A DNA stretch of 64,000 nt from NCBI GenBank assembly GCA_963729715.1, contig CAVSPA010000007.1, positions 441,051-505,050 of the forward strand, given 5' to 3'. This DNA is from an uncultured delta proteobacterium (lineage in GTDB: Bacteria > Desulfobacterota > Syntrophia > Syntrophales > UBA2185). Shown here piece by piece: positions 19,334 through 29,897 of this stretch; positions within the stretch are counted from its first letter, which is position 1; every line of letters starts with the position of its first letter. The notes under the pieces are model-generated. The model did no database searches. It worked only from the letters and a program-made list of their open reading frames with translations, and had not been told where the DNA came from. The translations under genes and the position numbers were made by a program.

Positions 19334-20509
19334 CTATTTTCCTTCTCTCGCTTCTCTTAGAATTTTCATACAACCGTTCATGTCGAAGCTCGCTTCATTT
19401 ACGCCCGCTCTCTGTGCTATGTCCTGCAATGTATCTTCCGATACTTGTGCATCTTTCCATATCCGGGAAATGATGCCACCGTTCGCTTCCGATATATTTT
19501 TCAGCAAATCATGGAGCGTCTCGATTGCTCTTTGGGCCCTCAGATCTTCCGCCGTACTTGCATAGGCGTCGAATCCCGCCAGCGGCAGCAGGAGGTCCGA
19601 TATGTGATAACCGCCTTCCGACATCTCCCTCTCCAGAACGCGAGGAAGCAGCATCCCCATGCACAACCCCGGAAGCATGTGACACACGTCGCCCATGACC
19701 TTTCCGAGTTTATGTGCAACACCCAAAGCTACGTTAGACAGAGCGCAGCCTGCCGTGGCATGGGCATTGGCAAGGGACAGACCTCCGTTCCCGTCCCGTT
19801 GATCTTTAATGACATTCACCAGATGTTCCATAATTAATTGAATCGCGGCATAAGCGTAGGCGTCAGCCAAAGGATTCTTGCCGGAGCCGGTATAGGCCTC
19901 CACCGCGTGTGTCAGGGCAATAAGCGCAGTGGCGGCAGTCGCTACTGCGTCCTCCGGGATAGTCATGCGGGGATCGATGACTGCAAGATGGGGCATCAAG
20001 AAATGAGAGGAGTAATCCCTCCCAGCGAAGAAAGCATATTTGGACACCTCATAGCCGGTGCCGGCTAAGGTTGGCACGAGGATTAGAGGCTTTAGAGGTT
20101 TCTTGATCAGATTCTCTCCGGCGCATCCCTCAATATCTTCCGGTTTGCCGGAGACGGCGATATTCAGCATCTTTGCCGTATCCACCACGGAGCCGCCGCC
20201 AACGGCAATGACCGCATCATGGCCCCTGTCACGATAAATGTTGAAAAGCTCCCTGATCAATTTCAGATCAGGGGCAGATGGCACACCGTCGAAGATGCCG
20301 ATGGCGAGTCCCGAATCCTTGAAGGCATCGATGATGACTTCAACCAGGCCCCTTTCACTGTCATCTTTTCCTGCGATCACAAGGGGCTTTCTCGCATCCA
20401 AGGCATCCAGTTCGAAAGGGATCTGTTCCAGTGCTCTGTTCCCCGAGTTTATTTTCACGGGGCAGAAAAATTCATAGTGCTCCGGCAAATACATCGGCGA
20501 CCTCATCAA
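19334..20509 (-). CDS. Iron-containing alcohol dehydrogenase-like protein with degenerate metal site
   Basis: GGGSVVD kept, but ALIALTHAVEAY (Asp lost) and HMLPG (His lost). Confidence 0.8.
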   Translation of the reverse strand: MMRSPMYLPEHYEFFCPVKINSGNRALEQIPFELDALDARKPLVIAGKDDSERGLVEVIIDAFKDSGLAIGIFDGVPSAPDLKLIRELFNIYRDRGHDAVIAVGGGSVVDTAKMLNIAVSGKPEDIEGCAGENLIKKPLKPLILVPTLAGTGYEVSKYAFFAGRDYSSHFLMPHLAVIDPRMTIPEDAVATAATALIALTHAVEAYTGSGKNPLADAYAYAAIQLIMEHLVNVIKDQRDGNGGLSLANAHATAGCALSNVALGVAHKLGKVMGDVCHMLPGLCMGMLLPRVLEREMSEGGYHISDLLLPLAGFDAYASTAEDLRAQRAIETLHDLLKNISEANGGIISRIWKDAQVSEDTLQDIAQRAGVNEASFDMNGCMKILREAREGK

Positions 20510-21045
20510 AATCCAAATATGCTTCGGATATAGATCAGCACCCGGCCAAGATATTTTCTGCGGAAAGACCAGCCCGGATACCTCTTCACAGCTAACTTTG
20601 CGATGATCTTCGGAAGGAGATACACCTCGACAATATCAAGGATGCGAACGATTGCACATGCATGTGCCACTTCACCGTCGACAACCAATCGGTTCCTTGC
20701 TGTCGCAAGGGTGGTACTCTCCTGAAAGGTAAAAATCAGCATGGCGGCTTCGATATTTTTGATCTTCATATCCAGGTCTATTTTCCAGCCTTCAGGGTCC
20801 CATCCCCTGTATCTCACAAACCCCTTCTGGTCCTTTCCTATAACCATATGCGGCCCGTTCGGCATAACAGAGAGAGCAAAGTTAAAACCATCCGGCATGC
20901 CTGCGAATTCCTTTTTTACTGCCCTGTCTACCGCGGCCGCGGCCTGAATGGCCCTCCCCATAAACCACATCATGACAGCCACATAATCTTTTTTCAGCGA
21001 TTTTTTTTTCGCTGCAACTTCCCTGAAATTCTTCATTGATGTCAT
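20506..21045 (-). CDS. Hypothetical protein, possible SCP2-like lipid-binding fold
   Basis: Stop overlaps the start of the downstream ADH; start placed near 21045 because the longer ORF overlaps the upstream gene. Confidence 0.55.
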   Translation of the reverse strand: MTSMKNFREVAAKKKSLKKDYVAVMMWFMGRAIQAAAAVDRAVKKEFAGMPDGFNFALSVMPNGPHMVIGKDQKGFVRYRGWDPEGWKIDLDMKIKNIEAAMLIFTFQESTTLATARNRLVVDGEVAHACAIVRILDIVEVYLLPKIIAKLAVKRYPGWSFRRKYLGRVLIYIRSIFGF

Positions 21046-21106
21046 CCGTGATAATACATTCAGTCGAACGGACAGCGCAAAAATATTTTGTGATGTTCTC
21101 GTCTCG

Positions 21107-22135
21107 TCAATCCATGCGGAGCACTTTCGCCCCGTGGATCCGCGCCTCCTTGAGTTCGACGAGGGCTTCATTTGCCTCTTCCAATGCGAATTCCTGCACT
21201 TCCGGTCTGATCGGAATCTCTGACGCCAGTTGGAGGAATTCGCTGATGTCTCTCCGCGCCACGTTAGCGACACTCTTGATTTCCTTCTCGAGCCAGAGAT
21301 GTGTCGGGTAATTAAGATTGAGAAGGTTGTCCTTGTCGGTCTCTTCTTTCCTGATGGCGTTGATGACCAGCCTTCCGCCGCTCTCCAGGTTTTTCATGGC
21401 CTCGACGACGGGTTTCCACGCCGGTGTGGTGTCGATTATGACGTGGAGTTTTTCCGGCGGTTTGTCTTCCGCATTCCCCGCCCACACAGCCCCCAGCTCC
21501 CGGGCGAACGCCTGCTCCTTCTCGCTCCGGGCAAAAACAGAAATCCTGGAATTCGGATATTTATGGCGTGCCATCTTGAGGACCAGATGTGCCGACGCCC
21601 CGAAGCCCGTAAGGCCAAGGTTCTGCCCATTTTTTAGGTTGGCCAGCCGCAGGGACCGGTAGCCGACGGCGCCTGCGCACAGAAGGGGCGCTGCTTCCAC
21701 ATCAGAAAAGATACCGGGGATAGGGTATGCAAAATCCTCCGACACTCTCATGAAGCGGGCATACCCCCCGTTGGCATCCCTGCCCGTGGCCCTGAATTCT
21801 TGACAGACATTCTCATTCCCTTCGAGACAGGCGCTGCAACGGCCGCAGGTGGAAAATATCCAGCCCACGCCGACCCGAGCGCCCGTATAGAACTTTGTCA
21901 CCTTTTTCCCGATTCCCGCCACTCTGCCAGCCACCTGGTGGCCCAAAATGATGGGGAATGCAGGCGGCGGCGTCCTGCCTTCGATTTCATCCAGCTCCGT
22001 ATGGCAGACACCGCAGGCGGAAACCTCAATGAGGATTTCCTTCTCACCCGGCACGGGTTCCGGCATATCGACCAGCGTGAGGGGGGTCTTGTTCTCCCGG
22101 AGATTGAAAATGCTCTTCAAGACCATTGCTTTCAT
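21107..22135 (-). CDS. Zinc-dependent alcohol dehydrogenase family protein
   Basis: CGVCHTE, GHQ, CGRCSAC..VC, PLLCAG and GFGASA. Confidence 0.9.
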   Translation of the reverse strand: MKAMVLKSIFNLRENKTPLTLVDMPEPVPGEKEILIEVSACGVCHTELDEIEGRTPPPAFPIILGHQVAGRVAGIGKKVTKFYTGARVGVGWIFSTCGRCSACLEGNENVCQEFRATGRDANGGYARFMRVSEDFAYPIPGIFSDVEAAPLLCAGAVGYRSLRLANLKNGQNLGLTGFGASAHLVLKMARHKYPNSRISVFARSEKEQAFARELGAVWAGNAEDKPPEKLHVIIDTTPAWKPVVEAMKNLESGGRLVINAIRKEETDKDNLLNLNYPTHLWLEKEIKSVANVARRDISEFLQLASEIPIRPEVQEFALEEANEALVELKEARIHGAKVLRMD

Positions 22136-22477
22136 TTTTTCCTACTCTCCTCGTTGGCCATTATGCCTCCACATCCTGCTTTAAATCAATATGAAATAAT
22201 GCGCTCGGCTTTTTTAGTTTCAATAATTTTAATTAGTTGACAATAGAAACGACATTCTGCATAGTTGCACTCATGCTTCAATAGAAGCAGTAATATAAAG
22301 CTATAAATCATCCGTCCACTTCATATTGGTAATCTGTAACTTACACCAGTTCTCTCGGGAGGCGCTTACATATACGAGGCAAATCTTTTGCCGAGGAAAA
22401 CAGGGGGAGTGCATCATTAAATGGGGAACAAAATAAGGTTGCGCCGCTGACGTCATGCTCGAGACCCGGAGGATACT

Positions 22478-22801
22478 ATGAAACCATGCAGAGAACGTAG
22501 AAATGAGATTTCCGAACAGGCCATTACATGCCCGCATTGCGGGGCGCCGTACCCTGCCAGAGAAAAATGGTACGGATGGGGATTTGAATACAAGTCAAAA
22601 CTTATCTTTTGGTGACTGCCATTCCTTCATATATCATTCAAGTACCGCCCGAATAGAATGCCCGTAGTGGCTAAAGGCATCATTGCCGTTGGGCAGTTTG
22701 CGGCTGCGTATTCTCTTATTGCCCAAATCGGCATCTACCTACACGAAGGTCGCGGACAGCTCGTAAAAAGTGTTGCTGAAATTATAGGAATGCTCTGGTA
22801 A
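22478..22801 (+). pseudogene. Zinc-ribbon-domain membrane protein with in-frame TGA at 22613
   Basis: MKPCRER..CPHCGAP..GWGFEYKS..FW*LPFLHISFK..AKGIIAVGQFA..; GGAGG RBS; absent from the ORF track. Confidence 0.65.
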
Positions 22802-22844
22802 ATGCGGCGAATTAAAGCGCCATAACTATATATAAGGAGAGCAA

Positions 22845-23396
22845 ATGAAAAGAGGATTAATCTTAATCGACATCCAGAATGATTACTTTCCCGGCGGGAA
22901 CATGGAACTTGTCGGAATGGAGCAGGCGGCCCAGAATGCAGAATCCTTGCTGAAAGAGTGGAGGAAAAGGGAATTTCCTGTCTTTCATATCCAACACCTT
23001 TCCAAGCGCCCGGGAGCGACATTCTTTCTGCCCGACACAAAGGGCGCTGAGATTCACAAATCCGTAGCTCCTCAGCCAGGTGAAGCGATCATTGAAAAAT
23101 ACTTTCCCAATGCATTCAGAGGCACTGATCTACTTAATATCCTCAAGAGATCAGAGGTGGATGAGGCGGCAATTTGCGGAGCCATGACTCACATGTGCGT
23201 TGACGCGACGACGCGCGCGGCATTTGATTTCGGATTCAGGTGCACGGTAATTGAAGATGCGTGTGCCACCCGTAATCTCGAATATAAAGGCACAATAGTA
23301 GAGGCAGCCAAAGTTCAGGCAGCATTCATGGCTGCATTGGCTGTCCCTTATGCAAGAGTCATATCCACGAAAGACCTTATCGATAAATTGGCATGA
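22845..23396 (+). CDS. Isochorismatase-family cysteine hydrolase
   Basis: LIDIQNDYF, KYFPNAF and GAMTHMCVDAT. Confidence 0.9.
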   Translation: MKRGLILIDIQNDYFPGGNMELVGMEQAAQNAESLLKEWRKREFPVFHIQHLSKRPGATFFLPDTKGAEIHKSVAPQPGEAIIEKYFPNAFRGTDLLNILKRSEVDEAAICGAMTHMCVDATTRAAFDFGFRCTVIEDACATRNLEYKGTIVEAAKVQAAFMAALAVPYARVISTKDLIDKLA

Positions 23397-23413
23397 TATA
23401 AGAGTGCTGACTT

Positions 23414-23665
23414 ATGAACCGGGCATACCATATTTTGGTTCTCTCGGCAGTCGTCGCAAGTATTATCATCGTTCCTGCTGTCTCTTGGCATTCAGTGGCA
23501 GAGATCCATTATTTAAAGTCCTTCTATCCACAGCAATTCAGCGTGCAGGAAGCATTCTGGGCCAGTGCGGTGGAGCTCATCAAAGTCTTAGTCGTTAGCA
23601 TTCCGTTCTTCTTCATCATTGTCACGGGGTGCTGTTTACTTCATTATTGGAAACACAAATCTTAA
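23414..23665 (+). CDS. Small hypothetical membrane protein
   Basis: Two hydrophobic segments; co-directional spacing. Confidence 0.5.
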   Translation: MNRAYHILVLSAVVASIIIVPAVSWHSVAEIHYLKSFYPQQFSVQEAFWASAVELIKVLVVSIPFFFIIVTGCCLLHYWKHKS

Positions 23666-23715
23666 CCGGCGTCACTATAAAGCTAAAACCGAAAAGATTA
23701 AGCGAACGATTGAGC

Positions 23716-24366
23716 ATGAAAGAAATATTGGATGCTCAGGGGCGCCAGTGACAGGAGACGTTTGTCCGAAATCCCGACATGTTTGGCGCTCTGCCAAGCG
23801 ATCCTGCCAGGATGGCCGCGGAGATGTTTAAGGAGGAATGGAGGACCGCGATTCTTGAACTGGGCAGCGGACAGGGGAGGGACACAATCTTCTTTGCCAG
23901 GAATGGCCTCCGCGTGACGGTGCTTGATTACTCCGCGAGCGCCGTCATGACGATTACGGAGAAGGCGCGTAAACTTGGTTTAGACGGTTATGTCGCAGCG
24001 ATTCAGCACGATGTGCGCGTCGCCCTGCCGTTTGAGGATGAATCCATGGATGGCTGCTACTCACACATGTTGTATTGCATGGCGCTGACAAGTCCTGAGC
24101 TTCAGTTTCTTTCCCAGGAGGTGAGAAGGGTTCTCCGCCCTGAAGGACTTCACGTTTACACAGTGAGACACACGAAAGACCCCCACTTTGGAAAAGGGAT
24201 TCACCGGGGCAAGGATATGTATGAAGTCGACGGCTTCGTCGTCCATTTCTTCAGCCGGGAGAATGTGGAGAGCCTTGCAGAAGGCTTTGAGATAGTGAGT
24301 ATAGATGAATTCGAAGAGGGAGAACTTCCGCGGAAACTGTTTCTCGTGACACTCAGAAAGAATTAG
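23716..24366 (+). pseudogene. Class I SAM-dependent methyltransferase, in-frame TGA at 23749 (or a shortened product from ATG 23779)
   Basis: MKEILDAQGRQ*QETFVRNPDMFG... in one frame; SAM motif ILELGSGQGRD. Confidence 0.65.
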
Positions 24367-24427
24367 ATATGCATGCAAATCCGAACGGGAACGCTGGTTA
24401 TCTAAAATTTCCCGGCACGGCGCACAG

Positions 24428-24661
24428 GTGAAGAATATGAATCTCAAATTGATATTGGTCCTTATTCTCGCGAGCCTCGCCGTTATCTTCATAATCCAAA
24501 ATGCCACAGTAGTTGATGTCAGGTTTCTATTCTGGAATGTCTCCATGTCCCGTGCCCTGCTGATATTTTTTCTCTTGATTATCGGCATTGCCCTTGGGTG
24601 GTTCTTACATAGCTATTTGTCCTACCGGAAACCGAAGGATGAATCAGGCGGAGATGTCTGA
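24428..24661 (+). CDS. LapA-family small membrane protein
   Basis: IFIIQN...VRFLFW...S.ALL..G..GW. Confidence 0.75.
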   Translation: MKNMNLKLILVLILASLAVIFIIQNATVVDVRFLFWNVSMSRALLIFFLLIIGIALGWFLHSYLSYRKPKDESGGDV

Positions 24662-24800
24662 GTCTCAACTTTCACAAACGGCATATTTTCTCATTTTATC
24701 TTCTTGATTTTTATGGTAGTTAAAGCAGCAAAGTGTTTTGTCTTTTTCTGAAACTGCTCAGATACGTTCCATTAATTAATTACAATAAGGAGTCTCGCCA

Positions 24801-26939
24801 ATGAAAGGAACGAAAATAAATCTCCATGACCGTCTTCGCGCCCTGGCTCAGAATCTCTGGTGGACATGGCATCCGGAGGTTATCAGCCTCTTCACCGACC
24901 TGGACCCACATCTTTGGCGGCAGGTTGACCATAACCCGATAGCATTTCTCAATCAGATCACACCGGAGGAAATTGAGGAGAGGGCCTCTGAGCTGGTGCT
25001 TCACAGCCGGATAAACTACGCCTTCCGGCGTTTGAATGAATATATCGAAAAGGATAAGACATGGGGAATGACGCACTGTGGAAATTTGAACCGTAGGCCG
25101 GTTGCGTATTTCTCCGCAGAGTTCGGGATGCATGAATCGCTGCCAATTTACTCCGGCGGCTTAGGCATCCTTTCAGGTGACCACCTGAAAAGCGCCTCCG
25201 ACCTGGGAGTCCCTTTAATTGGAATCGGGCTCCTTTACCAGCAGGGTTATTTCAATCAGAGTCTGAATAAAGATGGCTGGCAGCAAGAAAACTACGTGAA
25301 CCTCAATACAAGCAATTTGCCGCTGCAACCTCTCCTGGCTGCGAATGGAGAGCCACTGCTCATACGCATTGACACCCGGAGCGGCCTCCTCAGTGCACGT
25401 GTCTGGCTGGCACAGGTAGGCAGGATTCGTCTGCTGCTCCTCGATTCGAATGTCGAGTGCAATACAGCCCAGGACTGCGAACTGACATCACGCCTCTACG
25501 GCGGCGACGACAGACTGCGTATTCGACAGGAGCTCTTGCTGGGAATTGGTGGTGCGCGCGTCCTGCAAGCTTTGAATATTATCCCCGGGGTGCTGCACTT
25601 AAATGAGGGACACAGCGCCTTTGCCATCCTCGAAGAGGCCCGCTGGGTTATGGAGTATGACCAGATTCCATTTCACCGCGCTCTCCGGCGCGTAACTCTG
25701 CGCACGGTTTTTACCACGCATACCCCCGTAGCCGCAGGCCATGACCGATTCCACCCGGATCTCGTAGAAGACAGTCTCGGCATCTTCAGAGAAAGCCTGG
25801 GACTTTCGCATGACGATTTTATGGCCTTAGGGCGCATCAATCCGTATGACAGGTCGGAGCCGTTTTGCATGACGGTCCTCGCTCTAAAATCTTCCTCCTG
25901 GGCGAACGGCGTCTCCGCTATCCATGGGACTGTGAGCCGTCTGATGTGGCACCCCCTCTGGCCGCAGCGTCCCGAGGCTGAAGTGCCTATTGGCCACATT
26001 ACCAACGGGGTGCATGTATTATCATGGCTGGCGCCCCCGATGTACCAGTTATTTGAGACGCGCCTTGGCCAAGACTGGCCCACGCGCATGGTGCACCCGG
26101 ACATCTGGGAAAAAATAACCGAGATTGACGACGGGGAGATGTGGGAGACGCACCAGAGTCTGAAGATGCGCCTCATCCGCTTCGTCCGTAGGCGCCTGCA
26201 ATCGCAGGCTGAGCGACTGGGTCATCGGGATACATTGAAACAGATCGATCAGTTTCTTGATCCGGATGTGCTGACGATCGGTTGCGCCCGTAGGTTTGCG
26301 ACCTATAAGCGAGGAGACCTGATATTATCCCAGGCAGAGCGTTTGGCCAAACTGGTTGAAGATACCAAGAGGCCGATCCAGATCATTTTTGCGGGGAAGG
26401 CCCACCCGCGCGATGACGAAGGCAAGCGGCTATTACAGAGAATTGCCCAGTACAGTTATAGCTCGGCCAGCAGGAACAGGGTCGTCTTTGTGGAAAACTA
26501 TGATTACAACTTAGCACGCCACCTCGTCCAAGGGGTTGATGTGTGGCTCAACAATCCGCGGCGGCCTTTGGAAGCGTGCGGCACCAGCGGTCAGAAGGTG
26601 GTCCTAAACGGGGGACTGAACCTTTCCGTCCTCGATGGATGGTGGAATGAGGCATATGACGGCAGGAATGGTTTTGCCATCGGTTATGGCGGCATGCATA
26701 ATGACCCGAATGTACAGTACCAAAGAGATGCAGACTATCTTTATGAGACATTAGAGAATGAGGTTATTCCGCTCTATTACGAAAGGGACGCAAGCGGGAT
26801 CCCGCATCTCTGGGTGCAGAGAATGAAGCATGCGATGCAAAGCATCGGTTGGCGTTTTAGCGCAGACCGCATGGTCATAGACTATGTCCAACGGTTCTAT
26901 CTGCCTGCAGCAAGCGCTGTCTCGACAATAGCCGGGTAA
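24801..26939 (+). CDS. glgP: Alpha-glucan (glycogen) phosphorylase
   Basis: NLWWTW, YSGGLG..GDHLK, HLNEGH, RRFATYKR, GKAHP and EACGTSGQK (PLP Lys). Confidence 0.93.
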   Translation: MKGTKINLHDRLRALAQNLWWTWHPEVISLFTDLDPHLWRQVDHNPIAFLNQITPEEIEERASELVLHSRINYAFRRLNEYIEKDKTWGMTHCGNLNRRPVAYFSAEFGMHESLPIYSGGLGILSGDHLKSASDLGVPLIGIGLLYQQGYFNQSLNKDGWQQENYVNLNTSNLPLQPLLAANGEPLLIRIDTRSGLLSARVWLAQVGRIRLLLLDSNVECNTAQDCELTSRLYGGDDRLRIRQELLLGIGGARVLQALNIIPGVLHLNEGHSAFAILEEARWVMEYDQIPFHRALRRVTLRTVFTTHTPVAAGHDRFHPDLVEDSLGIFRESLGLSHDDFMALGRINPYDRSEPFCMTVLALKSSSWANGVSAIHGTVSRLMWHPLWPQRPEAEVPIGHITNGVHVLSWLAPPMYQLFETRLGQDWPTRMVHPDIWEKITEIDDGEMWETHQSLKMRLIRFVRRRLQSQAERLGHRDTLKQIDQFLDPDVLTIGCARRFATYKRGDLILSQAERLAKLVEDTKRPIQIIFAGKAHPRDDEGKRLLQRIAQYSYSSASRNRVVFVENYDYNLARHLVQGVDVWLNNPRRPLEACGTSGQKVVLNGGLNLSVLDGWWNEAYDGRNGFAIGYGGMHNDPNVQYQRDADYLYETLENEVIPLYYERDASGIPHLWVQRMKHAMQSIGWRFSADRMVIDYVQRFYLPAASAVSTIAG

Positions 26940-26982
26940 TGTGATTGCACGACCCTCGGTCACAGTTAGTAAAAAACAGAAC

Positions 26983-27636
26983 ATGGATACGTTCATCGCG
27001 CAGTACTGGCGGGAGAGGCTGAATAATTGCAGAGAGTCTCTCCAAGAAAACGCATTTGAAGCATTTGTTGCCGAAGATAGAGTTCAGGCAAGAAAAATAG
27101 TGCTTGAAGAAATCTTCCCTAAGACCTGCGCAAAAAGCGCATCTTGGGGAGATTCAATGACTCTCCACGCGACGGGAATTCTAAACGCGTTACTGACCTA
27201 TCCCGACCTTTCCATCGTGAAGACCTTTGAAGGCGGCGTTCCCCGCGCGGAAATCATCGAACGTAGGCGCCAGGCCTTGCTCGTCGATTTCTTTATCACC
27301 GGCACTAACGCCGTAACCGAATGCGGTAAGCTTGTAAACCTGGACATGGTGGGAAACCGGGTCGCGGCGATAGCTTTCGGTCCGAAAACCGTGGTCATAC
27401 TCGTCGGGCGAAATAAAATAATCCCCGACATTACCGGCGCGATGTCGCGCATCAGCGACTATGCGGCACCCATCAATGCAATACGCCACGAATTCAAAAC
27501 TCCGTGCGTTGCAACCTCCCGATGCGCAGACTGCAAAAGCCCCCAAAGACTCTGCAACACGTGGACGATCACCGAAAGGTCTTTTCCGAGAGGGCGGATC
27601 AAGGTCGTCCTCATCAACGAAGAACTCGGTCTTTAG
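26983..27636 (+). CDS. LUD-domain (lactate utilization) protein
   Basis: GDSMTL, TGTNA..G.LVNLDMVGNRVAA and C..C..C..PQRLC. Confidence 0.85.
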   Translation: MDTFIAQYWRERLNNCRESLQENAFEAFVAEDRVQARKIVLEEIFPKTCAKSASWGDSMTLHATGILNALLTYPDLSIVKTFEGGVPRAEIIERRRQALLVDFFITGTNAVTECGKLVNLDMVGNRVAAIAFGPKTVVILVGRNKIIPDITGAMSRISDYAAPINAIRHEFKTPCVATSRCADCKSPQRLCNTWTITERSFPRGRIKVVLINEELGL

Positions 27637-27643
27637 AAATCAC

Positions 27644-27830
27644 ATGGCAACTAAGGCAAAGAAACGGAACATCGTGCCTACCTCCTACGAACGGATACAC
27701 GTTGAATGCTACAGCGGCCATAAGGCCAACGAGAGGCCCGTTGCCTTTATCTATGAAGGACGCCGCAGAGAAGTGGAAGAAATCGTTGACCGCTGGTATG
27801 AAGGAGGTGTCGATCCGGGCTGGACGGCGA
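27644..27830 (+). pseudogene. Truncated hypothetical gene remnant
   Basis: VECYSGHKANERPVAF..EEIVDRWYEGG runs into unrelated-looking sequence; end approximate. Confidence 0.45.
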
Positions 27831-28011
27831 TATTTTTATACTCCGGTATCTTTCCCTGTTCGACGCCTGGTCCATCCGCACCTAACGCTCGCCGGCCTTA
27901 CAGGCACCCCAAGTCGAAAACGCTTTCATTTTTTTCTTTTACTTTCACTATTCGTTTGCTATTTTGTGGGATAAAGACAAGAAATACTATGCGGACAAAT
28001 GAGAAAGAAAC

Positions 28012-28467
28012 ATGAAACAAGTCTATCCAGCGAAGCGGGACGGCTGGATCGTCATCCTGCTATGGGTGGGGGTGGCAGTCATCCTTTTCGCTGCCGGTAA
28101 TCTCTGGAGGGTGCCGGCGCCATTCGCGTTTCGCCTGCTGATCTCCGTTCTCTTGATTCTTGTTGCCGCCTTCATACTGTGGACGCTCTATGGAACGCGT
28201 TACACGCTCACGGAAAGGACCCTCATTATTCGGTCGGGTCCATTGCGCTGGGTCATTGACATGGAGGCAATCACGGAGGGTTTCCCCACACGCAACCCGC
28301 TTTCAAGCCCTGCATGTTCGCTCGACCGGCTTCACATCCGCTATGGCAAGAGCCGTCTTTGAATGGTGATATCGCCGAAAGACAAGGCGGGATTTCTTCG
28401 AGACCTCGTTGCGCGGTCTCCCGGTCGTAAGTTGAATGAAAACCGGCTCTTGCGTGACAAACCATAA
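28012..28467 (+). pseudogene. Bacterial PH-domain membrane protein with in-frame TGA at 28360
   Basis: SSPACSLDRLHIRYGKSRL*MVISPKDKAGFL continues in frame to TAA 28465-28467. Confidence 0.7.
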
Positions 28468-28531
28468 ATGGCCGTAGTATTGCCGCGGGCGAAATCTAAA
28501 TCGCGACCATAATAAAGGGAGGAACCGGATA

Positions 28532-29662
28532 TTGTCTCGCCATTCCGATATGCAGGTACACAAAATCAAGGCCGCCGTACTGCGCAAGAGGGGCGGCCCC
28601 TTGAAGATAGAGTCACTCGATATGGAAGGTCCACGGGATGACGAGGTGCTCGTGCGCATCGTCGCCTCCGGTATCTGCCACACCGACATAGGCTTCTGCG
28701 ACTACTGGGACAAGGCGGACGGACCTCTCGTGCTGGGTCATGAAGGGGCAGGCGTGGTGGAGCAGGTGGGTAACATGGTGAAGAGCATCAGGAGGGGCGA
28801 TCATGTTGTGCTCTCCTACCAGTCCTGCGGTCGCTGCGGCCAGTGCAGGAGCGGTCACCCCACGGATTGTGAGCGCTTCTACGAGGCCAACTTCGGCTTC
28901 GCACGTCTCGACGGCAGCAATGCCTTCTATCGCAGCGGAGTCCGGGGGCACTTCTTCGGTCAGTCTTCGTTCGCCACGTATGCGCTTGCGACCGAGCGCA
29001 ACATTGTCAAGGTCTCCAAAAGATTAAATCTCGAGATCCTGTCTCCGCTCGGCTGTGGTCTACAGACGGGAGCCGGCACGGTGATGAACTCCCTCAAGGT
29101 GGCGAAAGGAGCAAGCATCGCCGTCTTCGGTACAGGTGCGGTTGGCCTGTCGGCGATGATGGCGGCTCGCATCGTCGGGGCTAACCCCATCATAGGCGTC
29201 GATATTATCCCGAAGAGGCTCAAACTCGCACTAACGCTGGGAGCAACCCACGTGATCAACAATCGTCGTAATAAAATCGCTTCTCTCATCGCCGATATAA
29301 GCGGGAGCGGCGTCGACTACGTGGTGGAAACAACCGCCAGCCAAGAAATGCACAGGCTTGCCGTAGACGTGTTGAATCCCCATGGCACCGTAGCGCTCCT
29401 CAGCGGCGAGAGTGGCACTACCCTGCCGGGAGGGCGGAGAACTATCGGCATAATACAGGGCGATGCCGTGCCGCAAATCTTCATCCCCAAGCTGATCGCG
29501 CTCTACAAGGCAGGACGGTTTCCCTTTGACCGCCTCGTGAGGTTCTATGACTTCAGCAAGATAAATGCCGCCATAGCCGATGCGAAATCAGGCGACACCA
29601 TCAAGCCGATACTGCGCATCAGCAAGGAGAAAGCCCGTCAAAGTAAGGGAGTCGCTAATTAG
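28532..29662 (+). CDS. Zn-dependent NAD(P) alcohol dehydrogenase (aryl-alcohol DH-like)
   Basis: GICHTD, GHEGAG, FFGQSSFATY, PLGCGLQTGAG and GTGAVG. Confidence 0.9.
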   Translation: MSRHSDMQVHKIKAAVLRKRGGPLKIESLDMEGPRDDEVLVRIVASGICHTDIGFCDYWDKADGPLVLGHEGAGVVEQVGNMVKSIRRGDHVVLSYQSCGRCGQCRSGHPTDCERFYEANFGFARLDGSNAFYRSGVRGHFFGQSSFATYALATERNIVKVSKRLNLEILSPLGCGLQTGAGTVMNSLKVAKGASIAVFGTGAVGLSAMMAARIVGANPIIGVDIIPKRLKLALTLGATHVINNRRNKIASLIADISGSGVDYVVETTASQEMHRLAVDVLNPHGTVALLSGESGTTLPGGRRTIGIIQGDAVPQIFIPKLIALYKAGRFPFDRLVRFYDFSKINAAIADAKSGDTIKPILRISKEKARQSKGVAN

Positions 29663-29663
29663 T

Positions 29664-29873
29664 ATGAAGCTATTCTTTGAGGCAGCTCTTGAAAGAGGCA
29701 CTGTAGCCGCGTCGGCAAAGGTAGCTCTCTTCGTCGGATCAATCCTCGCGCTGATCAATTATGGTGACCGCATCGTCCTCTATGGGGACATGCGCGCACT
29801 GGACTGGTTCAAACTCGCAGTTACATATTGCGTCCCATATTGCGACGCGGCATGCGAGGGACAAGAGAAATAA
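29664..29873 (+). CDS. Small NrtS-like membrane protein, possibly C-terminally damaged
   Basis: KVALFVGSILALINYGD...TYCVPYC. Confidence 0.55.
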   Translation: MKLFFEAALERGTVAASAKVALFVGSILALINYGDRIVLYGDMRALDWFKLAVTYCVPYCDAACEGQEK

Positions 29874-29897
29874 CGCACCAAGAGATTCGGGTTCTTC

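Noticed and set aside
21046..21273. N-terminal extensions in the ORF track (20506-21273, 2479-3480, 54884-55654, 29580-29873)
   Set aside because: They overlap neighbouring real genes; downstream starts fit gene spacing or coupling better.
22613..28362. Genome-wide TGA=Gly/Trp recoding, or Sec at 22613, 23749 and 28360
   Set aside because: The sites imply different residues and are not Cys-like positions. TGA terminates many intact genes (e.g. 1093, 2400, dsrA, dsrB).
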